Made by a program: the position numbers and the translations under genes. Under the pieces are notes generated by a model. It did not search any database and was not told where the DNA came from. It was given only the letters and a program-made list of their open reading frames with translations. A stretch of 64,000 bases of DNA from Minisyncoccia bacterium. Lineage in GTDB: Bacteria > Patescibacteriota > Minisyncoccia > Phycocordibacterales > UBA9973. Location of the stretch: positions 24,374-88,373 of the forward strand of contig JBBRWS010000003.1 in the NCBI GenBank assembly GCA_038249055.1. The letters run 5' to 3'. Shown one piece after another: positions 51,474 to 59,743 of the stretch. Position 1 is the first letter of the stretch, and every line of letters begins with the position of its first letter.

Positions 51474-51920
51474 TTATTTTTCTAAAATATCTTTTAGTTT
51501 AAATACAAAAGCTTTTTCCCAAAACTTCATTGAATACCAACTTAGAAGAGGCCCCGCTATCAGTCTTAGCCATTTATTGTGAATATCAACTTCATAAACA
51601 TAATTAATCCTCGTTCCCTCTTCTATTTCTTCCATTAAAAATTCTTCATGACCAGATATACCTAATTTTGAATTCTCATTATCAGAAATGTATCCCGTCC
51701 TCGGAATAATCTCTGTTTTCATTTTTACTGGAAACACCATGCCGAAAGACTTTACTTTTGCATCAATTTCTAATTTATTACCATCTTTCTTAGCAATAAC
51801 CAATGACTCTGCAACAGTTGTAAAATTGTTTGGCATATTTTCAAAATCACTAATAATTTTAAAAACTTGATCAATAGGAGCTTTAATAACCCAAGAACCT
51901 TTTAAGTTAATATGTTTCAT
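51474..51920 (-). CDS. SRPBCC/START-like (polyketide cyclase family) protein
   Basis: IKAPIDQVFKIISDFENMP...GTRINY. Confidence 0.82.
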   Translation of the reverse strand: MKHINLKGSWVIKAPIDQVFKIISDFENMPNNFTTVAESLVIAKKDGNKLEIDAKVKSFGMVFPVKMKTEIIPRTGYISDNENSKLGISGHEEFLMEEIEEGTRINYVYEVDIHNKWLRLIAGPLLSWYSMKFWEKAFVFKLKDILEK

Positions 51921-52178
51921 TATTTTATTATACCAAAAAAATATAATTCACTTGCTCTGTGAGTATTGTATCTTCCCCTACCTAAGGAGGCGAATGTGCT
52001 CATTCGCATGTTCAGTATCTTTTTTTATTTCGGTTATCATCAAAAAAAACGAAAAGATTTCAATCTCCTCTCGGTCCGACTCTCTAATCGACTACACACA
52101 AGACAACCAAGTAGGTCATTTTACTAAATGAACAATCAGCTCGCTCTGAATTTAATCAACGTAATTTTGACTTACTAA

Positions 52179-52766
52179 TTACCCTTTTGGAAATATCTTT
52201 TCCAAAGAATCTCCTGGTTCTATTTCATATTTTTCTTTTTGCTCAGTTTCTTCTTTTTCACCTATAAACTTGATTATTGCTCCCATTCTCTTTTCCGCAA
52301 TTTCAGAATATTCGTCAAAAATTCTTTTTGCATCTACTGGAAGAAGTTGTTTTTTATTTAAAAAGCCATTATATGTTTCTTTAAATTTCTTGTCATTAAT
52401 ATCTTGGTAATTGTAATGGATATCAACATCTTGCCCATTGATTTCTCCTTTTATAATATTATCCTCCCATCCATAACCATATTCCTCTTTCTTAAAAGCT
52501 AAGTCGGAATTTTTCATTTTTTCAAAATATTTTTGTTCTTCACTTTCTGCCCCCTTTCCTTCAGATGCTTTTCTAGCTTCAAGTTCAAGTTCAGCATCTA
52601 TTTTTATAATATCTTCTTTGGTTATATCTTTATTTTTAAACGAAGAAATTTCCACTGTTCTAAGAAAATCTATAACTTTCTCTTTTAATGAAGGATTTAT
52701 AATACCTTCAACTCTCTTTTCATAGTTTTTTTGTGAATTAATTTGTTCTGGGTTAAATTTTTCCAT
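52179..52766 (-). CDS. Hypothetical charged protein
   Basis: ORF track; MEKFNP start, Glu/Lys rich. Confidence 0.7.
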   Translation of the reverse strand: MEKFNPEQINSQKNYEKRVEGIINPSLKEKVIDFLRTVEISSFKNKDITKEDIIKIDAELELEARKASEGKGAESEEQKYFEKMKNSDLAFKKEEYGYGWEDNIIKGEINGQDVDIHYNYQDINDKKFKETYNGFLNKKQLLPVDAKRIFDEYSEIAEKRMGAIIKFIGEKEETEQKEKYEIEPGDSLEKIFPKG

Positions 52767-52974
52767 AAATAATTATAAAATTAATAATAATTAATTATAA
52801 CTATTAAATACCTAACAAACAAGATTATTCTTGATACTCCGGACTTGGGACGAAGTGGAAACATTTATATTAAATAATAAAAATTAGCAATTAATTTTAA
52901 TTCTTAAAAAAGTTAAAAATTGTAATGGTAGTGATAAAGTATTATAATTAAATGGTATTAATAAATTTATATTT

Positions 52975-53466
52975 ATGATAATTAACGATACTAATAACAA
53001 TACGGAGATAGAAAGATTTAAACGATTAGTGGACATTTCTAGTGATTGGGTTTGGGAAACTGATGATAAGGGTGTTTTCACTTATTCAAGTGGGGGTGCT
53101 GAGAGAATTTTAGGATACAGTACTGGTGAACTTGTCGGGAAAAATTATAAAAACTTTTTAAGAAAATCAGAGTTGAATGAAAATCATGACGGTTTTACAA
53201 AAGAATTGCATACCCATATAAAAAAAGATGGCACAGATTGTATAATGGAATCTGTAAAAATAGCTAAATTAAACGAGAATGGTTTGGTCGTTGGGTATAT
53301 GGGAGTTGACCACGATATTACAGAAAAAGTAACTACACTTAAAAAACTTGAAGAACAATTTTCTGAAATAGAAAAAAGAAATAAGTTTTTAATAGATAGA
53401 GAATTAAAGATGATAGAACTCAAAAAAGAGAACGAGGAGCTTAAAAAGAAATTAGAAAACAAATAA
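52975..53466 (+). CDS. PAS-domain protein with C-terminal coiled coil
   Basis: SDWVWETD..G.FTYSS...ILGY...ELVGK; DIT; DRELKMIELKKE. Confidence 0.88.
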   Translation: MIINDTNNNTEIERFKRLVDISSDWVWETDDKGVFTYSSGGAERILGYSTGELVGKNYKNFLRKSELNENHDGFTKELHTHIKKDGTDCIMESVKIAKLNENGLVVGYMGVDHDITEKVTTLKKLEEQFSEIEKRNKFLIDRELKMIELKKENEELKKKLENK

Positions 53467-53569
53467 AAAGGCCATTATAAAATATGGTGAAAAATATGCT
53501 CCGTGGGTTGGACGCAGTTCGAACTTGTATAATTGAACAAAAGTTATTTGAAATGAAGGCAATATAACT

Positions 53570-54568
53570 TTAATACATTTTCAGTGAAAAAGGATAAGGA
53601 ATATAATTTTCAATATATTCTTCTAAAAAATCTGCCTTTTCTGGAGAATAAATATAATCCCTAGAATTATTAGATATATTATAATTTATATCCTTAACCA
53701 TCTTTCCATCAACTATAATCCCCGATAGAACATCAATTTTTTTACGGTGCAGAAAAAGACACAAATTTTTAGTTATTGGGAAAAATAGTTCAGTATGTGG
53801 GCCACCTAAACTTTTATAATCATAAGGAAAAGCAACCTTATCTTCTGGGACAAAGTAAACAGCTGGTGCATCGGATGTGATAAAATAATTAGGATCTTCA
53901 CATTGTATAATTTGAATAGTCATATCTGAGAGCACATTACTATACATAGTTAAATTTGTAAAAATATGCTTAATAAACAGATTTCTTGGTAAACTTACTT
54001 CAAAATTTCCATCCTCCATCATTTTTATATATTTTTTTGTTGCGCCGTCTGCTTGCTCTTCAGTCATATCTGGAAATTTCTTCTTAAGGTGATCTTTCAT
54101 TTCAGTAATTCTATTACTATTAGAAGATTCAGCCCAATTTTGAGCCTGAGCACTAGCTTTATATATTTCTTCCATCTCAATTTTACTATGCAAAGTTCTA
54201 CTAAGCATTGAGGCAATAAGGGTAATAATGTATTCTCTGTATTTATCAAATATCAACGTAGCATCAAAAAAATTATTTTCTACAAAAGATACGAAATCTT
54301 TATATTTGGATTCAAACTCTTCGCTGAAGAAATCTTCAAAGATGTTTTTATCTTCAAATTCATCGTCCTGGGGAATATATAAATTATTTTTTACGCCAAT
54401 GATATTTAATCCATCCTCTCCCTGAACTACCAGCACTCTATCAGATTTTTCAATGTTATTCTCGAAAAACTTTTTACCTTTTTTGTAAACAAATAATTGT
54501 TCCTCCTTATTCCAAAATTTTTTAAGATATACTTTGGGGATATAATGGTTACGGCTTTTAATTTCCAT
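53570..54568 (-). CDS. DUF4238 domain protein
   Basis: NHYIPKVYLKKF, FITSDAP, FFPITKNLCL. Confidence 0.85.
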   Translation of the reverse strand: MEIKSRNHYIPKVYLKKFWNKEEQLFVYKKGKKFFENNIEKSDRVLVVQGEDGLNIIGVKNNLYIPQDDEFEDKNIFEDFFSEEFESKYKDFVSFVENNFFDATLIFDKYREYIITLIASMLSRTLHSKIEMEEIYKASAQAQNWAESSNSNRITEMKDHLKKKFPDMTEEQADGATKKYIKMMEDGNFEVSLPRNLFIKHIFTNLTMYSNVLSDMTIQIIQCEDPNYFITSDAPAVYFVPEDKVAFPYDYKSLGGPHTELFFPITKNLCLFLHRKKIDVLSGIIVDGKMVKDINYNISNNSRDYIYSPEKADFLEEYIENYIPYPFSLKMY

Positions 54569-54662
54569 ATTTATATTTTAACATTTTTATACCATACTAC
54601 ATATGACTATAATTTTTTAGGATAATTATATTTTATCATTTGAAAATGTTGCGAGTTTTTAT

Positions 54663-55205
54663 TTATTTTAGATTAAGATATTTATCAAACCTATCTTTTT
54701 CAGTTGGGAATTTAGATGTACCTAACTCATATAATTTTTGTGTAAATCCATACATACCCATTTTATTTAACATAAACATCATAACCATAATTGGTTCACA
54801 GCTTTCTGATAAATCTATAGATTTTTTCATATATTCCATAGCTCTGTTTTCGTCACCTAATAAAAATAAGGTCCTCCCTATTTTATCTAAAACAGCTCCA
54901 TTATTTGGTTCAAGTTGTAATGAAACCCAATAATCACTAAAAGCTTTTTCATAATCATTAATCTCACAATAAGCATCTCCCCTTAATACCCATATATAAA
55001 ATAAAGAATCGTCTAATTTTAAACAATCCGAAAAAGAATCAATAGATTCTTTATACAGTTCTAAGTGTAACAATGAGCTTGCTTTGTAAGATAAGGCTGT
55101 AAAATTATTTACATTCTCTTTTAAAATTTTTGCAGATAAAGATAAGCAATCTCCATACTTTTCATTATTATATAATTCTCTTATTTGTTGTATTTCTTCA
55201 TCCAT
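54663..55205 (-). CDS. Tetratricopeptide repeat protein
   Basis: Successive TPR units (W..RG.AY....YEKA..DY..SLQLEP). Confidence 0.85.
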   Translation of the reverse strand: MDEEIQQIRELYNNEKYGDCLSLSAKILKENVNNFTALSYKASSLLHLELYKESIDSFSDCLKLDDSLFYIWVLRGDAYCEINDYEKAFSDYWVSLQLEPNNGAVLDKIGRTLFLLGDENRAMEYMKKSIDLSESCEPIMVMMFMLNKMGMYGFTQKLYELGTSKFPTEKDRFDKYLNLK

Positions 55206-55269
55206 AATTATTTGTAAGAATAAATATCTACTTGATTACTTCCATTTTTACAAAAACTGTATATAAATA

Positions 55270-56391
55270 TTATTTTTTAAATACATTCTCTCTGTGATAA
55301 GCTAAATATTTTTTGTGATCATCTTCAATTTTTGAAAGTTTCATTTCTTTATTTATTCCCAAAAAACCAAAATTTTCAGCACTTAATTTACTTGAAAATA
55401 TTATTTTACCAGCATCATCAAAAGAAATTAATCCAATATCAAACAATTTATCAATATTTGGAATGAGTAATAAACCATTATATTGATCAATTACCTCTTT
55501 AGTATCGCAATCACTCCACGGTTTTATATGTGATGCAACAAGGACCCTAAGGTCATCGCATCCTGTGACACAACATTTCCACCAATATTCAATCAGATAA
55601 TTTCTAAAAAGACCTTGCCCAATTCTCGCTTTAATTATAGTTTCTCTATCTTTTGATACCAATTCTTTGTAATTTCTAATCTTTTGTTCTATGTCTTTTT
55701 GAGGAATATTTAATTTAGCTAACTTATCTTCAATATCCGAAATTATCCAAACAAAAGAATGTGCATTAAGCAAAGAAACATCTTTTATCCCTTTAGTTAA
55801 TAACAACTCTCTAGTCTGATTTAATAAACTATTATAACTGCAATAATTATTCCAAGAGCATTGATGATTTAACTTAAAATCAATGACACCCAATTTACCA
55901 AAAGCAATATCAAAATTATTTGGACTAGTTGGCATATATTGAGCTTTATCTTTTATAAAAAATAGATATGCTAATAAGGGGTAATTTTTACCAAAATATT
56001 CAATAAAGATATTAAATGATTCCTCATCTGTTTTTACTCCAGTAAAGAAATCAAATAGACATTTTTCATAATCATTTATTTCTTTATCTTTAGCTTTATT
56101 TTCAAATTTTACAGTAAGCCTCCAGTCAACAAGATTGTTTTCGTTATTACTAAGTTTTATAGCAGAAAGAACAGATTGAAATATTTTACCTGTTCCAATA
56201 TCCTCAGTTTTCCAATTCCAAAAACCTAATATATTACGAGCTTTTTCATAAATTTCGTCTTTATAACCCTCGTTTCCCTCTGTAAATCTATTTGATGGAA
56301 AAGAAACAAAAGACGTTTTACTTTCATTCTCAACAAAAACCTTAAATAACTGGAAATATTTTTCAAAACAAAATTCATCAATTTTAAACAT
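55270..56391 (-). CDS. HNH endonuclease (putative modification-dependent restriction enzyme)
   Basis: ARIGQG.FR..L....CCVTG....LVASHIKPW...NGLLL....DKLFD.GLISFD. Confidence 0.88.
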   Translation of the reverse strand: MFKIDEFCFEKYFQLFKVFVENESKTSFVSFPSNRFTEGNEGYKDEIYEKARNILGFWNWKTEDIGTGKIFQSVLSAIKLSNNENNLVDWRLTVKFENKAKDKEINDYEKCLFDFFTGVKTDEESFNIFIEYFGKNYPLLAYLFFIKDKAQYMPTSPNNFDIAFGKLGVIDFKLNHQCSWNNYCSYNSLLNQTRELLLTKGIKDVSLLNAHSFVWIISDIEDKLAKLNIPQKDIEQKIRNYKELVSKDRETIIKARIGQGLFRNYLIEYWWKCCVTGCDDLRVLVASHIKPWSDCDTKEVIDQYNGLLLIPNIDKLFDIGLISFDDAGKIIFSSKLSAENFGFLGINKEMKLSKIEDDHKKYLAYHRENVFKK

Positions 56392-56412
56392 ATTTTTTAA
56401 TTAATATCTATT

Positions 56413-56844
56413 TTATAAACCGTGCTCCCTTAAACACCTATTGTATGTATTTTCACTTAATACCTTACTTACTTTTTTTGTTTCGGGGCTTGGATTTCTC
56501 TCTATCGTATTTGCACTTATTTCCTCACATTTATTCAGCTCAATTTTTTGTGTTTCAGAGGTATAATTTTCGGTATCTTTCATATATTGATAAAACTTAA
56601 TACTATAAATAGGATTACTACCTCTAAATGGTGCAGCTGGATATTTTAATTTGCACTGTTCAAATTCATTTGCATTTTGTTCGGCTTGTTCTTTTGTTAC
56701 TCCAACATCAGCTGGAATAATTGTTATCTGCTGTGAACAACTCTTTTTTATATTAGTTGGTCTTAATTGAAACCAATAAAAAGCACCTAAAATAACTATT
56801 AAAACTATAATAATTATTCCTTTGTATTCTTTAATTTTTTCCAT
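56413..56844 (-). CDS. Hypothetical membrane-anchored protein
   Basis: FYWFQLRP..IKK.C ... Y.RCLREHGL. Confidence 0.7.
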   Translation of the reverse strand: MEKIKEYKGIIIIVLIVILGAFYWFQLRPTNIKKSCSQQITIIPADVGVTKEQAEQNANEFEQCKLKYPAAPFRGSNPIYSIKFYQYMKDTENYTSETQKIELNKCEEISANTIERNPSPETKKVSKVLSENTYNRCLREHGL

Positions 56845-56885
56845 ACTAATCTTATTCTACCACTTTTACCCCACAGTGCATATCA

Positions 56886-57467
56886 CTATAGTTTTTTAGG
56901 ACAACAAATATATTTAGTTGCTTGAAACCATTCCTCTGTAGCAATTTTTTTCCATTGCTTTATATAGGGGATATTAGTGTTATTAAGATCTGGGTCATCT
57001 ATGAATTTATCCATAAAATTTTCAGGGATAATTCCACAAAAATAATTATCGGTCATCATTTGAGATATTACTAAACCTAAGCAATTACTGAATAATTTTT
57101 TATCAAATTTAATATCTAGTCGTTCTAAAATATCCCAAGGCATCATAAATCTGTTCGTGCACCCAAACTCAAATATCATACCTTTATTGACCAACTTAAA
57201 TTCCTCAAACTTTTCACTAAAATAATGAAAAACTGTCATTAAAAATGCCGTGTGAATAGCCATAAAATAAATAAAGTGTTTTTTCTTAAGGAGATAATGA
57301 TTATTCTCTTTGAGGAGTTGTAAATCATCAACGTTGCGTGTATTGTTTTCTTTATCATTGCAGTAATTAGGATATACACAAGCCTGCTTAAAAATTTCTA
57401 AATCTTTAGGATATTGAATATGGTAATAATCATAAAGAGAATTAAATTGCTCTGTATCATTTTCCAT
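56886..57467 (-). CDS. Hypothetical protein
   Basis: ORF track; co-oriented, tight spacing. Confidence 0.65.
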   Translation of the reverse strand: MENDTEQFNSLYDYYHIQYPKDLEIFKQACVYPNYCNDKENNTRNVDDLQLLKENNHYLLKKKHFIYFMAIHTAFLMTVFHYFSEKFEEFKLVNKGMIFEFGCTNRFMMPWDILERLDIKFDKKLFSNCLGLVISQMMTDNYFCGIIPENFMDKFIDDPDLNNTNIPYIKQWKKIATEEWFQATKYICCPKKL

Positions 57468-57472
57468 AGAAT

Positions 57473-58072
57473 TTAATGAAATAGAAACTTTCTATTATTA
57501 AAATAAATCCAATTAGGTAATACCCATATTAGACCAAACAAAATAATAGTAATAATAAACATTGTGACATCTAATTTTGATAATGCAAGTATAATTGTTT
57601 CAAATATTAAAACAAAGAAATTCATTTCCCAAGCCCATAATTTTCTCTTTTTCAATCCCCAAAAAAGGACTCCTGAAATTACTATTTGCAACACAGACAC
57701 AACTATCCAAATTACATTACTGTGTAAATCTATAAGAACGAGTAGATTTAATATACCTAAAATAACGGATAATGGTAATCTAATATAAACATAAAAATTA
57801 AACCAGCCAAGGTTTTTACTGCTTACTCTTTTTGGGTGATTAACTGAATTTATTTTTTTTTCAATTTTACTTACTATTCTTTCTACTGCATAGTCCATTT
57901 GCCAATCCTCGTTTATATAATTAGCTTTTTCTATTTTTTCTCTAATTAAATTTTGAAGTTCCTTTTCAGGAATATTTTTTAAATTTATCCCCTCAAAGGA
58001 AACAATATCATTAAAAATAATATCCTCTATATTTGCATCATTATTTTGTTTATTTTCTATTGAATTATTCAT
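57473..58072 (-). CDS. Hypothetical membrane protein
   Basis: Four C-terminal TM; NWIYF..RK.LF. Confidence 0.7.
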   Translation of the reverse strand: MNNSIENKQNNDANIEDIIFNDIVSFEGINLKNIPEKELQNLIREKIEKANYINEDWQMDYAVERIVSKIEKKINSVNHPKRVSSKNLGWFNFYVYIRLPLSVILGILNLLVLIDLHSNVIWIVVSVLQIVISGVLFWGLKKRKLWAWEMNFFVLIFETIILALSKLDVTMFIITIILFGLIWVLPNWIYFNNRKFLFH

Positions 58073-58091
58073 ATCTAAAAATCAATTAACC

Positions 58092-58475
58092 CTATAAAGG
58101 GAAAATATTAAAAATTATAATCAAAGCCCAGATAAAACCTGTAATAGTTGTTGATATAATTCCTATCATTCGTCCTTTCTCTGCACCTCCTGAGGTCTTT
58201 TTGATTGATTTAATACCCATAAATAATGCAAGAACTAAGAATAATATACTCAAAACAATAGACCCCCAATATATTAAATCATTGAAACTAAAATACCAAT
58301 TACCTCCACCAATTTTAAACATAAACTGATCAAATCTAAAAACAAAAGTATTTGAGTAGTCAATCTTATCAAACAAATTGGTAAAAGGCTCACTAGATAA
58401 ATATGCTAAAACCAAAGCACTAATTGAGTAGAGAGATTCTTTATTCCACTTTTTTATATTTAGATTATTCTCCAT
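58092..58475 (-). CDS. Hypothetical membrane protein
   Basis: Three TM; EKGRMIG. Confidence 0.65.
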   Translation of the reverse strand: MENNLNIKKWNKESLYSISALVLAYLSSEPFTNLFDKIDYSNTFVFRFDQFMFKIGGGNWYFSFNDLIYWGSIVLSILFLVLALFMGIKSIKKTSGGAEKGRMIGIISTTITGFIWALIIIFNIFPL

Positions 58476-58516
58476 ATAGCTAGTATACTATCTTGTAGTA
58501 AAATTTAATACTATTA

Positions 58517-58687
58517 TTAAGCCATTTGATCTATCTGAGCCAAGTCCATCTCCAGATTCAGCAAGCACTGTTGCTCTGTCATATCCGGATATTTCTCTTG
58601 TAATTTCTTAACTGAGGCCCACAGTATCTTTGGTGGTAGTTTCGCTAATGTCGGATATTGATTTTTATCTAATAATTTTTCTTCCAT
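58517..58687 (-). CDS. Small hypothetical protein (56 aa)
   Basis: Manual translation MEEKLLDKNQYPTLAKLPPKILWASVKKLQEKYPDMTEQQCLLNLEMDLAQIDQMA*; starts 1 nt after the upstream stop. Confidence 0.6.
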   Translation of the reverse strand: MEEKLLDKNQYPTLAKLPPKILWASVKKLQEKYPDMTEQQCLLNLEMDLAQIDQMA

Positions 58688-58688
58688 A

Positions 58689-59123
58689 TTACTTATTGTG
58701 TTTATTTATTGCCCTAATTATTTTGTCTTGTTCCTCTTGATATAATCCATCTTTACCATATATATAAATATTTTTTCCTGTAGATGGACGATGTAGTATA
58801 AACGGACCAATCCATTCATCTTTATTTTTTTCTAATTTATCAAATATCATTTTTGCAGATTCACTTTCAAGTATTTGCCAAATATTATCTCTTTCCTTAA
58901 ATACATCATAAAATTCTTCAGGTTGTTTTTTAACCATTTTCCAAAAAATATTTGATCTTCTCCAAGAAGAGTAATTATATAAAAATAGTAATGTCCATTT
59001 AATAAAAAGATACAAGCCAATGATTGTGAGTATTAAAAATAACCACTTGGATTTAATAACAAAATATATGCTTAATACAAGAAGTGAAATATCTGCTATT
59101 AAAAATAGTAAAATTATAATCAT
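58689..59123 (-). CDS. Hypothetical membrane protein
   Basis: Likely start MIIILLF at 59123; two N-terminal TM. Confidence 0.65.
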   Translation of the reverse strand: MIIILLFLIADISLLVLSIYFVIKSKWLFLILTIIGLYLFIKWTLLFLYNYSSWRRSNIFWKMVKKQPEEFYDVFKERDNIWQILESESAKMIFDKLEKNKDEWIGPFILHRPSTGKNIYIYGKDGLYQEEQDKIIRAINKHNK

Positions 59124-59315
59124 ATTTTCGCGTGGGTTTTTAGTAATATGTCTTAAGTAGCAAAAATGGCTACACAAGAACGCGACAATTCCTTTCGGAA
59201 CTGCCCTACACACCTTTCGGTGTATAGACCCACGCGAGTAGTTGCGACTTATGTAGCCGTTTTTACTCGCGTGGGATTCTATGTGACCATACTTTAGAGC
59301 AATTCCCTAAAGGTT
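59124..59315 (-). ncRNA. Structured regulatory leader with c4/CI-like antisense architecture
   Basis: CCCACGCGA twice plus one complement, GGCTACA/TGTAGCC pairs, two GAAA-tetraloop hairpins. Confidence 0.6.
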
Positions 59316-59396
59316 AGGTTTGTAAATTTATTATATCTTATTTATAAAATATACAAAACAATGATAAATACTGTTTTTTATTTTAACCAAAAAGAT

Positions 59397-59738
59397 CTAT
59401 GCTTTAATTGTTTTAATTATTTTATTGATTATACTTAAATCACTTGATTCTTTAAAAGAATAACTATATGTTAGATTAGAATCACTCATATATTTTGCAT
59501 CTTTAAAACCTTTAAATTCAGGTTTTTTATCTAAATTTAATCCTAAAACTAATTTACCCTTATCTACAAATTTGCCTTTTAAAAATAAGACTACAACTAC
59601 CTTGTCATTTTTTGAATATCTTATATATAATGGAAAAACACGAAACATTATATTTTTATCTGCTGAGATAATTTTAGAATGGATTTCACCAGCCAATTTA
59701 TTTTTATTTATTATTTTTTCTAAATTTTTATTTTCCAT
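59397..59738 (-). CDS. Hypothetical protein directly downstream of hsdR
   Basis: ORF begins 5 nt after the hsdR stop. Confidence 0.65.
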   Translation of the reverse strand: MENKNLEKIINKNKLAGEIHSKIISADKNIMFRVFPLYIRYSKNDKVVVVLFLKGKFVDKGKLVLGLNLDKKPEFKGFKDAKYMSDSNLTYSYSFKESSDLSIINKIIKTIKA

Positions 59739-59743
59739 ATTTA

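Larger units (their letters stand above)
45232..53528 (+). repeat. Family of nine degenerate ~30-bp intergenic direct repeats, consensus CTCCNNACTTGGRANGAAGTNRRAACTTTT
   Basis: Copies at 45232-45261, 46232-46261, 47241-47270, 49156-49185, 49784-49813, 50365-50394, 51419-51448, 52837-52866, 53499-53528. Confidence 0.7.

Noticed and set aside
45232-53528. CRISPR array or classical integron
   Set aside because: Repeats are highly degenerate and 0.6-1.9 kb apart; they lack RYYYAAC/GTTRRRY attC palindromes; no cas or intI gene in the window.
53495-53530. tRNA gene (GTTCGAAC resembles a T-loop)
   Set aside because: No cloverleaf can be formed on either strand; treated as an att-like relic.
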